A stretch of DNA of 64,000 nucleotides, from assembly GCA_964448235.1 (NCBI GenBank), contig CAYUWD010000002.1:307-64306 (forward strand). Direction: 5' to 3'. This document shows, piece by piece, positions 8,700 through 19,180 of this stretch. Source of the stretch: an uncultured Bacteroidales bacterium (lineage in GTDB: Bacteria > Bacteroidota > Bacteroidia > Bacteroidales > ML635J-15). The notes beneath the pieces are model-generated. The model was not told the DNA's origin. It did no database searches and saw only the letters and a list, made by a program, of their open reading frames with translations. The translations under genes were made by a program, and so were the position numbers. How positions within the stretch are numbered: position 1 is the stretch's first letter; each line of letters opens with the position of its first letter.

Positions 8700-10127
8700 A
8701 TGTTCAATAATTTTTTTAAGGAACAAATAAGCACTAAACTTGGTCATATCCCTACTGCCAGTCAGGATAATGCAATTGAGCAATTACTACATTTTATGAA
8801 TGATCAGGAAAAATTTTGCACTTTTATATTAACCGGTTATGCAGGAACAGGAAAAACAAGCTTAATAAGTGCATTGATAAACGTATTTACAGAAATGAAA
8901 ATAAATACAGTTTTACTTGCACCTACAGGAAGAGCAGCAAAAGTTCTATCCAATTATTCAGGTAAAATGTCAAAAACAATTCATAAATGTATTTATCGGA
9001 TGAAATCAACCAAAAAGCCTGAAAGTAGATTTTCATTAAATTTTAATAATCATAAAGACACTATTTTTATTGTTGACGAAGCTTCAATGATAGGAAATAT
9101 TGATTTTGGCAATAATATTTTTGGAACTGGCAGGCTTTTAGATGACCTTTTGTCTTATGTTTTTAATGACAACAATTGTCGTCTGATTTTAATTGGTGAC
9201 ACAGCTCAACTACCTCCAATAAATACAAATATAAGCCCTGCATTAGATAAAGATTATATACAATCACTAGGTATGAAAGTATATATTTCAAATCTTAACG
9301 AAGTTGTCAGACAAAGCAAAGAATCCGGTATTTTAGCTAATGCTACAAAAATTCGGGAGATGATTTCTGAAAACAATTTTGAGTTACCGCAATTCGAGAC
9401 AGAACAATTTCCAGATATAGAAAGTATCAACGGAACAGAATTACTCGACGAATTAGAGTCGTGTTACACTAAATTTGGTGAACACGAAACTAAAGTAATT
9501 TGCAGATCAAATAAATATTCAAATAAGTATAATTCAGGCATAAGAAACAGAATTATGTGGAAAGAAGAAGACATTTCACATGGAGATTTACTCATGGTTG
9601 TAAAAAATAATTACTCATGGCTACCAGAAAAAGCAGAAATTAATTTTATTGCTAATGGAGATATAATTGAAGTATTACGTATTGGTAAAAGATATGAAAT
9701 TTACAATCACACTTATGTAGACTTAACTGTAGTATTTGTTGATTATCCCACACTAGAAATAGAGTTAAGGGTTTTAATTGACACATTATATATTGATACT
9801 CCTTCAATGGACAATAATTATTATAAAGAACTATATCAACAATTACAAATAGATTATAATCATATTAAAGATAATAGCAAACGTCATGAAGAAATATTAA
9901 AAGATCCATTTTTTAATGCATTACAAGTTAAATTTGCATATGCTATAACATGTCACAAATCCCAAGGAGGTCAATGGCCTGCTGTTTTTATAGATCATGG
10001 ATGGCTAAATTTTGACAATATGAATACAGAAGAAAACTATGAGTTTTTAAGATGGCTATACACAGCAATAACACGAGCTACAAAAAAATTATATCTTGTG
10101 AACTTTAAAAAAACTCTACTAAAATAG
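8700..10127 (+). CDS. RecD-like SF1 DNA helicase / AAA ATPase
   Basis: Walker A 'GYAGTGKTS', 'LLAPTGRAAKVL', Walker B 'FIVDEASM', 'LILIGDTAQLPP', C-terminal 'AITCHKSQGGQW' and 'LYTAITRATKKL'. Confidence 0.8.
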   Translation: MFNNFFKEQISTKLGHIPTASQDNAIEQLLHFMNDQEKFCTFILTGYAGTGKTSLISALINVFTEMKINTVLLAPTGRAAKVLSNYSGKMSKTIHKCIYRMKSTKKPESRFSLNFNNHKDTIFIVDEASMIGNIDFGNNIFGTGRLLDDLLSYVFNDNNCRLILIGDTAQLPPINTNISPALDKDYIQSLGMKVYISNLNEVVRQSKESGILANATKIREMISENNFELPQFETEQFPDIESINGTELLDELESCYTKFGEHETKVICRSNKYSNKYNSGIRNRIMWKEEDISHGDLLMVVKNNYSWLPEKAEINFIANGDIIEVLRIGKRYEIYNHTYVDLTVVFVDYPTLEIELRVLIDTLYIDTPSMDNNYYKELYQQLQIDYNHIKDNSKRHEEILKDPFFNALQVKFAYAITCHKSQGGQWPAVFIDHGWLNFDNMNTEENYEFLRWLYTAITRATKKLYLVNFKKTLLK

Positions 10128-10159
10128 TCCAATTAAAAAACAAATTTTAAATTGAATAC

Positions 10160-11416
10160 TTAATTTCTTAAATATTTGAAATCATCACCTGTAGGATTTT
10201 GAAAAACTCTTAATTCAAACTCTGGAATTATAGCAAGTAAATGGTCAAATATATCTGATTGTACAGCTTCATAATCAACCCAAGCTTTTATTTTACTAAA
10301 AACATATATTTCCATAGGAATACCTTCAGGAGTTGGAGCTAATTGTCGAACCAAAAGAGTCATGTTTTGATTAACATTATCATTATTTCTTAAATAAAAC
10401 TCAACATATTTTCTAAAAATTCCAATATTCGTAAGTTTTCGACCGTTATAACCTACACTACCTACATTTAATTTACTATTAAACTCTTTCAGTTCTTTTG
10501 TTTTATTAGTCAAATATTCATTTAAAATTTTATAATGTGATAATTTTTCTATCAACTCATTAGAACAAAACTTTACGCTTTTCATATCCAAAATTACAGA
10601 TCTTTTAATTCTTCGACCATCAGAATCTTCCATGCCTCGCCAGTTACTAAAAGATTCTGTTACCATTGCATAAGTTGGGACAGTAGCAATTGTATTATCA
10701 AAATTTTGAACTTTTACAGTATTTAGACTCACTTCAATTACTGTTCCATCTGCATTTCTACCAGGCATTGAAATCCAATCGCCAATACGAACCATATCGT
10801 TAGATGTTAATTGAATGCCACCCACAAGACCAAGTATTGAGTCCTTAAAAACTAAAAGTAACACAGCTGTCATTGCACCTAATCCAGTTACAAAATATCC
10901 AACTTCTTTATTCAACAATATTGATAAAGCAGAAATTGCTGCGATAATAAAAAAAACAATTTTCACTACTTGAACATAACTCTTTATACTAGTTCCTTTT
11001 TTCTCTCCAACAGTTACATTATATATCTCATTGATAGCGTTTAAAAAAGCATTAAAAGCAGTAATAAAAACAAAGACCATATATATCATAATTCCCTTTT
11101 GAACAATCATAACAACTGTTTCATTAAAAGGGAAAGCCATACCTATTGTGTAATATATAATTAAAATTGGGGCAATTTTTGAAAGACGCTGAAAAATCTT
11201 TTTTTCAAGCAATATATCATCCCATGATGATTTCGTCTTTTTAACGACTTTGCTAATAACAACTAATATTATTTTCTTAGTAACAAAATCTGCTAAAACA
11301 CTAACAGCAACAATTGCGATAAGTATTAATATTACTGCTAGTACCTCTGATGTATTATAATTAACTCCCCATCTTATAAAGATATCAATAATTTCGTTGT
11401 ACAATTTTCCGTTCAT
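10160..11416 (-). CDS. Mechanosensitive ion channel (MscS) family protein
   Basis: 418 aa with multiple N-terminal TM helices. MscS beta-domain signature 'IGDWISMPGRNADGTVIEVSLNTVKVQNFDNTIATVPTYAMVTESFSNW'. Confidence 0.8.
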   Translation of the reverse strand: MNGKLYNEIIDIFIRWGVNYNTSEVLAVILILIAIVAVSVLADFVTKKIILVVISKVVKKTKSSWDDILLEKKIFQRLSKIAPILIIYYTIGMAFPFNETVVMIVQKGIMIYMVFVFITAFNAFLNAINEIYNVTVGEKKGTSIKSYVQVVKIVFFIIAAISALSILLNKEVGYFVTGLGAMTAVLLLVFKDSILGLVGGIQLTSNDMVRIGDWISMPGRNADGTVIEVSLNTVKVQNFDNTIATVPTYAMVTESFSNWRGMEDSDGRRIKRSVILDMKSVKFCSNELIEKLSHYKILNEYLTNKTKELKEFNSKLNVGSVGYNGRKLTNIGIFRKYVEFYLRNNDNVNQNMTLLVRQLAPTPEGIPMEIYVFSKIKAWVDYEAVQSDIFDHLLAIIPEFELRVFQNPTGDDFKYLRN

Positions 11417-11479
11417 AATAATTGTTTAATTAATATTAGTACTATTTTTGCTTTGTAAAATAAGATAATATTTTAGAAA

Positions 11480-12781
11480 ATGAAAAATAAATTAAATATA
11501 TTTATTAAAGTTTTAATATTTACAAATTCTGTTCTTATACCATTTATATGTAATTCTCAAATTAATTACACAGATTGGTTTACTGACAATTCTATGCGAA
11601 TTGATTACTATCATTCTGGGACTAGCACAACCGAATATGTAATGCTAAAAGAAATAAGAAAAGAAGAGTTTTGGGGTGGAACAAAAACAAACCTAATTGA
11701 CCCTTATAATTTTGGTCAATATAGAGTTCATATATTTGATTCTGCTACAAATACTCTTTTATTTACATATGGATTCTGCAGTTTGTTTGAAGAATGGCAA
11801 TTTACAAATGAAGCTACAACAAATATCGAACGAGGTTTCCCTGAATCATTAATTTTTCCTTTCCCATTAAAAACAATTAAAATCGAATTAAAAAGCAGAG
11901 TATTTGTAGATAATTCATTTAAAACAATCATGGAATTATTTGTTGATCCAAATGCAAATTATATTAATTCGGAAAAAACAGTAACTTCAGATTTTAAACA
12001 AATATTAAAATCTGCCCCCTCTGATAAAGCACTGGATTTAGTTTTTATTTCGGAAGGTTATACAAAAGAAGAAATTAGTAGTTTCTATGCAGATGTTAAA
12101 AACGCCAAAGAATTTTTATCTAAAACCCCTCCTTTTAATAAACTAATGGATAAAATTAACATTTGGGCTGTGGCAGCAATTTCGAATCAAAGTGGGACAG
12201 ACCTTCCTCATAATGGAGTATGGAAATCAACAGCATTAAATAGCAACTTTAACACTTTTAACAGCAAAAGATATCTTACAAGTTCAGATTTTCACGCAAT
12301 AAAAAATTATGCAGGAATAGTACCATGTGATCAAGTATGTATATTTGTAAACACAGAAACTTATGGTGGTGGTGGAATATATAATTTTTGGAATATTACA
12401 AGTGCAAAAAACGAATATTATCTTGAAATTTTCGCTCATGAACTGGGGCATTCTCTAGGAGCATTGGGTGATGAATATTATACTGATCAAGTAAGTACTG
12501 AAGATATTTACAATAAAAACACCGAACCATACCAATCCAATTTAACTACACTTATTAATTTTGACTCAAAATGGAAAGATATGCTAGATACTGACACAAA
12601 TATTCCAACTGAAATAGATTCTAAGAACACTTCAAAAATTGGAGTATATGAAGGTGGTGGGTATCAAGCAAAAGGAATTTATCGACCTTATATTAACTGT
12701 AGAATGAAAGCACTAGGATATGATTTTTGTCCTGTTTGCCAAAGAACCCTTGAAAGAGTGATAAAATATCATAGTGAATAA
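11480..12781 (+). CDS. M64 (IgA peptidase-like) family zinc metallopeptidase, secreted
   Basis: Signal peptide. 'LDLVFISEGYT' and the zinc motif 'FAHELGHSLGALGDEYY' are typical of peptidase M64. Confidence 0.7.
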   Translation: MKNKLNIFIKVLIFTNSVLIPFICNSQINYTDWFTDNSMRIDYYHSGTSTTEYVMLKEIRKEEFWGGTKTNLIDPYNFGQYRVHIFDSATNTLLFTYGFCSLFEEWQFTNEATTNIERGFPESLIFPFPLKTIKIELKSRVFVDNSFKTIMELFVDPNANYINSEKTVTSDFKQILKSAPSDKALDLVFISEGYTKEEISSFYADVKNAKEFLSKTPPFNKLMDKINIWAVAAISNQSGTDLPHNGVWKSTALNSNFNTFNSKRYLTSSDFHAIKNYAGIVPCDQVCIFVNTETYGGGGIYNFWNITSAKNEYYLEIFAHELGHSLGALGDEYYTDQVSTEDIYNKNTEPYQSNLTTLINFDSKWKDMLDTDTNIPTEIDSKNTSKIGVYEGGGYQAKGIYRPYINCRMKALGYDFCPVCQRTLERVIKYHSE

Positions 12782-12785
12782 ATTC

Positions 12786-13238
12786 CTAATTCACTACGAT
12801 TTCTTCGATCAAACAACCGGAAGTAATTTTATCTACAACATCAAGTCCTTCGACAACCTTTCCAAAACAAGTATGATGTCCATCTAAGTGTGAAGTATTT
12901 GTACGACTATGACAAATAAAGAACTGTGATCCACCTGTGTTCCTACCCGCATGAGCCATTGACAAAACACCCCTATCATGATACTGATTATCTCCATCTA
13001 ATTCACAATCTATATTGTAACCAGGGCCACCCGTACCAACTCTTGAATCATTTAAATCCTTACTATATGGACATCCACCTTGTACTACAAAATCTGGAAT
13101 TACACGATGAAAACGTAATCCATTATAATAACCTTCTTTAGCTAATTTTATAAAATTATCAACTGTATTCGGAGCATCATCTGAATAAAACTCAACTTTC
13201 ATTACTCCTGCCTCTGTTTTAATTTCTGCAGTTTTCAT
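12786..13238 (-). CDS. ppiB: Cyclophilin-type peptidyl-prolyl cis-trans isomerase
   Basis: 'FHRVIPDFVVQGG', 'LSMAHAGRNTGGSQFFI', 'LDGHHTCFGKVVEGLDVV'. Confidence 0.9.
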   Translation of the reverse strand: MKTAEIKTEAGVMKVEFYSDDAPNTVDNFIKLAKEGYYNGLRFHRVIPDFVVQGGCPYSKDLNDSRVGTGGPGYNIDCELDGDNQYHDRGVLSMAHAGRNTGGSQFFICHSRTNTSHLDGHHTCFGKVVEGLDVVDKITSGCLIEEIVVN

Positions 13239-13285
13239 TTATTTTAAATTAATTAAACATATCGTTCATTGGACACATATAAAGC

Positions 13286-14632
13286 CTACTCTTTTGTCCA
13301 ATTACCATATTTATATTTACAATTACAATATGATTCATCTATTTTCACAAAAGTACTTTCAAGCTTTTCATTAATCCACTTTTCAATAATATTTTGTTTT
13401 TCTTTTTCAAGCGCATATTGTTGTATTTCCTGATAATCATCTGTTAAATTAGCAATATGTTCTTCAACTTTAACATCCAGCCTGATAATCTTCATAACCT
13501 TTGCACCTTTTGCATTAGCAGAAAGATAAGGCTTAGAAATATCTGCAACATTAAGTTTTCCTACAGCTTTCACAGTATATGGATCCACAAATTCATTATT
13601 TAATTTAGCATTTCCATAATAAGGATTCATTACCTTTCCTGAATTAAATTTCGAATCTCCATCACTATATTTATCTACAGCATCATCAAAACTTATTGAG
13701 TCATTTACAATTAAATCATAAACCTCGTTCATTTTATTTTCTGCAATTGTTAATTCTTCAACACCAATCTTTGGAGTTAATAGAATATGACGAAAATTCA
13801 TCATATTACCTTTCTTTTCAATAAGCTGTATAATATGAAACCCATATTCAGTTTCAACAATTCTTGAGACTTCTTCGGGTGAAGTAAGGCTAAAAGCGAC
13901 GCTTGCAAACTCAGGCACTAAATCTGTACGACTAACAAATCCAAGTTCTCCCCCTTTTGTTGCAGAACCTGGGTCTTCAGAGTAAAGGATTGCCATGGTA
14001 GAGAAACTTTCGCCATTAATAATTCGTTCTCGAATATTATTTAATTTTTCCTTTACAGTTTTTTTCTCTTCTTCACCAATATCAGGAGTAATTACAATTT
14101 CAGAAATTTCGAAATATGGTTCTACTAAAGGCAAACTATCTTCAGGGATATCTTCAAAAAAAGCCTTTACCTCAGAAGGAGTTATTTTAACTTCTCCTGT
14201 TAAACTTACCTGAACTTTTTGCGTTAGTAGTTGTTCTTTAATTACATCGCGGAAATCCTCTTTTATTTCCAAAAGAGACTTTCCATAAAATTCTTCAAGT
14301 TTTTTCTCATCTCCCAATTGGTTAATAAACACACCTAAACGTCTATCTAACTCGGTTTCAACTTCCTTTTTTGTTATTTCAACACTATCTAATCCTGCTT
14401 GAATAAAAAGAAGTTTTTGAAACATCATTTCTTCAAGAATATCACATTTTAGATCTTCAGAATTACTATAATACTCCTGAGACATTAACTGAATATATTG
14501 ATTTTCTATTTCTGATTCCAGAATTATTTCATTTCCAACAACAGCAATAACCTGGTCTATTATCTCCTGCGAAAATGAAATTCCAACAGACATAATAGAT
14601 ATTGTTAATAATAGGATGATTTTCTTTAACAT
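13286..14632 (-). CDS. SurA-like periplasmic chaperone / parvulin-type PPIase
   Basis: Signal peptide. SurA-N-like region ('IDQVIAVVGNEIILESEI'). Parvulin cores 'GGELGFVSR...FHIIQLIEK' and 'FRHILL'. Confidence 0.75.
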   Translation of the reverse strand: MLKKIILLLTISIMSVGISFSQEIIDQVIAVVGNEIILESEIENQYIQLMSQEYYSNSEDLKCDILEEMMFQKLLFIQAGLDSVEITKKEVETELDRRLGVFINQLGDEKKLEEFYGKSLLEIKEDFRDVIKEQLLTQKVQVSLTGEVKITPSEVKAFFEDIPEDSLPLVEPYFEISEIVITPDIGEEEKKTVKEKLNNIRERIINGESFSTMAILYSEDPGSATKGGELGFVSRTDLVPEFASVAFSLTSPEEVSRIVETEYGFHIIQLIEKKGNMMNFRHILLTPKIGVEELTIAENKMNEVYDLIVNDSISFDDAVDKYSDGDSKFNSGKVMNPYYGNAKLNNEFVDPYTVKAVGKLNVADISKPYLSANAKGAKVMKIIRLDVKVEEHIANLTDDYQEIQQYALEKEKQNIIEKWINEKLESTFVKIDESYCNCKYKYGNWTKE

Positions 14633-15498
14633 TATATATTTTTTAAAATTACAGAACCAGACTTAATGCCCTTTTCAATTAGTTCGTTTTGTTTTTGTAT
14701 TATTTTATTCCTTTTTCTATTGTTAATAATTATTGTAACAATATCTTCTTTAGCTATTTCCAGAGGCATATAATCTCCAATTGTTTTATAATCATCATAT
14801 TTTATTAAATATCTCAATTTACCTGCAATATGCTCATATGTTGACTTAAAAAGTAATTCATTCGCATCAAATTTTTCAAAATACTTAACTTCATTCAAAA
14901 AGTCGCCTAACTCCGTCCATTCTTCAACAAAATACACTTTCCGTCCTGTTCCAATACAAAAATCCTGCAATATTTCTTTATCTTCCAAACTACTATTAAA
15001 AAGCTTATCTCTCTCTTGATAATATGTATAAACATTAGCATTCATTGTCATATAATGAGCTTTAACATAAGTTTTGGCAAGAACGTAATCCTGAAGATGT
15101 TTATTATAATAGTCATTTATTTCCTGTTCAGATATAATATAATTCAAATCATTATAAATAAATTTTTCTATATAGTAATAGACATACAATTGCTGACGAT
15201 ATTGCTTTATTTTCTCTTCTATTATTGATGTATCCATTAATGTTTCTTTAGCTTCAGCATACAAAACAAGATTTGCAACCCATTGATTTATATATTTTGA
15301 AACATATTCTGCGCTATCTTCGGAACTAATATGTTTTGGCAGGATACTAACTATATCTTTTTGATATAGGCTCTGACCATTAACTGTAGCAATTGCATTT
15401 TTATCAACAGAATTCTCACTTTTATTTTTACATGAGAAAATAAAAATGCTAATAAAAACAATTACAAGAATATTTATAAATCTCATATTACTCAGCAA
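14632..15498 (-). CDS. Hypothetical lipoprotein within the PPIase/chaperone operon (possible SurA_N-like)
   Basis: 288 aa. Lipoprotein signal 'IFIFSCKN'. 1-nt and 11-nt overlaps with the flanking parvulin genes. No catalytic parvulin motif seen. Confidence 0.45.
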   Translation of the reverse strand: MLSNMRFINILVIVFISIFIFSCKNKSENSVDKNAIATVNGQSLYQKDIVSILPKHISSEDSAEYVSKYINQWVANLVLYAEAKETLMDTSIIEEKIKQYRQQLYVYYYIEKFIYNDLNYIISEQEINDYYNKHLQDYVLAKTYVKAHYMTMNANVYTYYQERDKLFNSSLEDKEILQDFCIGTGRKVYFVEEWTELGDFLNEVKYFEKFDANELLFKSTYEHIAGKLRYLIKYDDYKTIGDYMPLEIAKEDIVTIIINNRKRNKIIQKQNELIEKGIKSGSVILKNI

Positions 15499-17446
15499 TT
15501 GCCTTTAATACATCATCATGAACAACAACTTTATATTTATTATGCAATTCTTCTAACCATTTCTTTTCAAGAAAATTTTGATATTCTGCTGTTATTATCC
15601 CTCTAGCTTCGTTAAGCGTTCTTATTCTTGGTCCAATAACTTTAATACTTTTTAGCAGATTAGAATCAGAAACAGATATTACTTTAATGTAATTATCTTC
15701 TTCTTTAATATCATTTGCAGCAAGAAGCTTATCAATGTCTAGTTTTGCTCCTTTTTCAACTAAATTTGAACTTTTAATTATTACAGCAGTAGAATCTTTT
15801 TTGTTCAATTTATCCATAATTTTTTGTTGATCCCAGTCTTTATATAAATATTTTTTTAGTTTTTTTGCAGTTTTAGAGTTATTACATTGATATTCGTTAA
15901 CCTGATATCTATAGTCCCACATATAGTTTGCCTTATTCTTTTCATAGAAACTTTCTAATCCGACAGTATCTATAATTGCTTTTGACCAAACAGTTTTATC
16001 TGTTAATTCAAATAACAAAATCCCGTCATGATATTCTTTTATCAAATATTTAAATGCCGGGTATTTTTCTTCGAGAATACTTTCTTCATACATAATAACT
16101 TTTTTATTAACGAACATTTTAAAGCTATTATCAACAAAAGAAATAATATTTTGAGGATTTTGTTTTCTATTAAATTTCATTAAATAATCAGCAAAATCTT
16201 TTTGCGTATATTTTTTATCAGCAAATTCCAATACAATACCACTAAGATCTGTATATTCTTCAATACTCCAGCTTCCTTCAAAAATAGAATCTGTGACAAT
16301 CATATACATTTCTTTCACATTAGATTCTAATATTTCTGCATTATACTCCTGCATAAGCAATTTTATTATAGACTCTCTGCTTCTAGAAGTTCTTGCACTA
16401 TTAGAAATTTTTGATTTAATATCATGTTTAACTTCATCAAACTCTTTAATTGGCTCAACATCAATAAGTTTAATAATATGATATCCATAATTAGTTTTAA
16501 GGATAGAAGAAATATCACCAGGTTTATTTAAACTAAAAACTGCCTCTTCAAATTCTTTTATCATTCTACCTCCAACAGAAACCCAACCTAACTCTCCACC
16601 TTTCTCGGCAGATTTTCTATCTTCACTAAATTCCATTGCAAGTTCTGCAAAATCAGCCCCTTCTTGGAGTTGTTTTTCAATATCTTTCATTTCTTTTTGC
16701 GCTTTTTGATCCAAGGCTTTACCTGATCCTTGAGGAATAACTTTCATAATATGAGCAACTTTAAACTTCCCCTTTGCAGGTCTTTTATCATTAACTTTAA
16801 GAATATGATAACCAAATCTTGTTCTAAAAGGCTTAGAAAATTCGCCAACTTTAGTATTATACATTTCTGTTTCAAAATTATAAACAAGCCCAAATACGGT
16901 TCTATATCCTAAATTACCATCATTAATAGCAACCGATTCATCTTCGGAATACTCTCTTGCAAGTTTCACAAAGTCTTCTCCTTTTAGAAGTTTTTGATAT
17001 ACTTTATTTATTTCATTCCAAGCCTTTAATGTATCTTCAGGACTTGCAGTATTATCAGCTTTAATAAGAATATGACTAACATTGATATCATATTTCATTC
17101 TATCATAAGCTTCCTGAATAAGCTCATCTTCAACATTTTTATCTGTCAAATAAGGCTGTGCTAACTGAGATCTATAACCAGAAAGTTCTTGAATAAATGA
17201 TTTTGTTGTATCCATACCCAAGACTTGAGCTTCATGTACTTTGAGCTTAAAGTTTACAAAAAGCTCCATATATTCTTTCATAGCCTCATAAGCCATAGCA
17301 TCTTTTTGAGAATTGTTCTTTTTATAAATGTGTAAAAACTCATCAACAGTAACTTTCTCATCATCAATTTCTAAAAGAGTTTTTTCTTGTGCAAATGCTG
17401 ATGTAATCAAACATAAAACTAAAAATCCAATAATCAATTTTCTCAT
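15488..17446 (-). CDS. Parvulin-type peptidyl-prolyl isomerase (two PpiC domains), periplasmic
   Basis: Signal peptide. 'VSHILIK...GNLGY...GYHILKV' and 'VAHIMK...GGELGWV...GYHIIKL'. Confidence 0.75.
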   Translation of the reverse strand: MRKLIIGFLVLCLITSAFAQEKTLLEIDDEKVTVDEFLHIYKKNNSQKDAMAYEAMKEYMELFVNFKLKVHEAQVLGMDTTKSFIQELSGYRSQLAQPYLTDKNVEDELIQEAYDRMKYDINVSHILIKADNTASPEDTLKAWNEINKVYQKLLKGEDFVKLAREYSEDESVAINDGNLGYRTVFGLVYNFETEMYNTKVGEFSKPFRTRFGYHILKVNDKRPAKGKFKVAHIMKVIPQGSGKALDQKAQKEMKDIEKQLQEGADFAELAMEFSEDRKSAEKGGELGWVSVGGRMIKEFEEAVFSLNKPGDISSILKTNYGYHIIKLIDVEPIKEFDEVKHDIKSKISNSARTSRSRESIIKLLMQEYNAEILESNVKEMYMIVTDSIFEGSWSIEEYTDLSGIVLEFADKKYTQKDFADYLMKFNRKQNPQNIISFVDNSFKMFVNKKVIMYEESILEEKYPAFKYLIKEYHDGILLFELTDKTVWSKAIIDTVGLESFYEKNKANYMWDYRYQVNEYQCNNSKTAKKLKKYLYKDWDQQKIMDKLNKKDSTAVIIKSSNLVEKGAKLDIDKLLAANDIKEEDNYIKVISVSDSNLLKSIKVIGPRIRTLNEARGIITAEYQNFLEKKWLEELHNKYKVVVHDDVLKAIAE

Positions 17447-17474
17447 AACTTTGTTTTATTTATATTAAACATTA

Positions 17475-18953
17475 TTAATCCATTCTAGAATAATTTGGTG
17501 CTTCACGAGTAATTGTAACATCGTGAGGGTGATTTTCTGTAACACCATTTGAAGTAATGCGAACAAACTGAGATTTATTGTGCAAGACATCAATATTTTT
17601 TGCACCACAATATCCCATACCTGCTTTTAATCCTCCTATAAGCTGGTATATTACTTCATTTATATTACCTTTAAAAGGGACACGTCCAGAAATTCCCTCA
17701 GGAACTAATTTTTTGATATCATCTTCCATATCCTGAAAATATCTGTCCTTTGAACCTTTTTGCATTGCTTCAACAGATCCCATACCACGATATGACTTAA
17801 ATTTTCTTCCATTATATATAATTGTATCGCCTGGAGCCTCTTCAGTACCGGCAAATAGGCCACCTGCCATAATCGAATTTGCCCCTGCCGCAATTGCTTT
17901 TACAATATCTCCTGAATATCTGATACCTCCATCTGCAATAATAGGAACTCCTGTTCCTTCTAGAGCATCGGCTATATTCATAATTGCAGATAATTGTGGA
18001 AATCCTACACCGGCAACAACTCTTGTAGTACAAATTGAACCTGGTCCTATTCCAACTTTTACAGCATCTGCTCCATTCTTAACAAGCAATTTTGCTGCTT
18101 CAGGAGTTGCAATATTTCCAATTACAAAATCAACATCAGGAAATTTATGCTTTGCCTTAACAAGAATCTCATTTACACTTTTAGTGTGTCCATGCGCAGT
18201 ATCAATAACAACAGCATCTACTCCTGCTTCTACAAGAGCTTCCATTCTTTCCATACTATCTCCACTAATACCAACTGCAGCAGCTACCCTTAATCGTCCA
18301 CGTGAATCTTTACAAGACAAAGGACAATCCGAAGCTTTTGTAATGTCTTTATAAGTTATTAAACCAACAAGTTTATTATCCTTATCAACCACTGGGAGCT
18401 TTTCAATTCTATGTCTCATAAAAATCTCCTTAGCATTGTCCAGATCAATACTTTGTTCAGTCTTAATAATATCATTTTCAGAAGTCATTACAGTTGTTAT
18501 AGGCTTTTTTAGATTAGTCTGAAAACGCATATCTCTACTTGTGACAATACCTTTTAAAACATTATTCTTATCAACAACAGGAATACCTCCTATATTAAAC
18601 TTAGCCATTATATCCTGAGCATCCCCAACATTACCACCAATATCCATTGTCACAGGATTGATAATCATAGCATTCTCTGCTCTTTTCACTTGTTTTACAT
18701 GCCATGCCTGATTAGCTATTGTCATATTTTTATGAATAACCCCAATTCCACCTTCTCTAGAAATTGCAATTGCCATTTTGCTATCTGTAACAGTATCCAT
18801 CGCAGCACTCACAATTGGAGTATTTAAAGGAATATTTCTTGAAAATTTTGATCTTAGATCTACCTCAGATGGTAGTATTTCACTATATGCAGGAACTAGT
18901 AAGACATCATCAAATGTTAGTCCTTCAAGAATTATTTTACTGTTTTCTTTCAT
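17475..18953 (-). CDS. guaB: IMP dehydrogenase
   Basis: 'LTFDDVLLVPAYS', CBS pair, catalytic loop 'VKVGIGPGSICTTRVVAGVG', 'IADGGIRYSGDIVKA', 'GMGS'. Confidence 0.95.
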   Translation of the reverse strand: MKENSKIILEGLTFDDVLLVPAYSEILPSEVDLRSKFSRNIPLNTPIVSAAMDTVTDSKMAIAISREGGIGVIHKNMTIANQAWHVKQVKRAENAMIINPVTMDIGGNVGDAQDIMAKFNIGGIPVVDKNNVLKGIVTSRDMRFQTNLKKPITTVMTSENDIIKTEQSIDLDNAKEIFMRHRIEKLPVVDKDNKLVGLITYKDITKASDCPLSCKDSRGRLRVAAAVGISGDSMERMEALVEAGVDAVVIDTAHGHTKSVNEILVKAKHKFPDVDFVIGNIATPEAAKLLVKNGADAVKVGIGPGSICTTRVVAGVGFPQLSAIMNIADALEGTGVPIIADGGIRYSGDIVKAIAAGANSIMAGGLFAGTEEAPGDTIIYNGRKFKSYRGMGSVEAMQKGSKDRYFQDMEDDIKKLVPEGISGRVPFKGNINEVIYQLIGGLKAGMGYCGAKNIDVLHNKSQFVRITSNGVTENHPHDVTITREAPNYSRMD

Positions 18954-19180
18954 TATATAGGCTTTTGTTCTAAAATTTTACGAAAATACAACTTTTTATA
19001 AGTCTGTCAAAGACTTTTTTGTATTCATTTTTTTTATGATTAAAAATAATTTAAAAAAATTCTATATTATGACGAATATTCAATAAAATATTGTTACTTT
19101 CGTAGAAGTAAGTATGTGTTTTACGTTTAGGGAAAATTACTGCAAATAAATATTACTCTGACGTTTTCTAAATAGTTAGT

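Noticed and set aside
8700-10127. RecD-like helicase as part of a defence system
   Set aside because: It stands alone between a housekeeping operon and an MscS channel. No nuclease, methylase, ATPase partner or mobile-element genes are adjacent. It looks like the conserved stand-alone SF1 helicase of Bacteroidota.
11728-18960. Short nested ORFs (11728-11931, 12926-13141, 13995-14213, 15016-15228, 16293-16481, 16730-16912, 17705-17893, 17842-18033, 18778-18960)
   Set aside because: All are embedded in well-supported genes (M64 peptidase, cyclophilin, SurA-like, parvulin, guaB), either antisense or in an alternative frame. The two inside guaB are Arg/Cys/Tyr-rich frame-shifted readings of a conserved gene.
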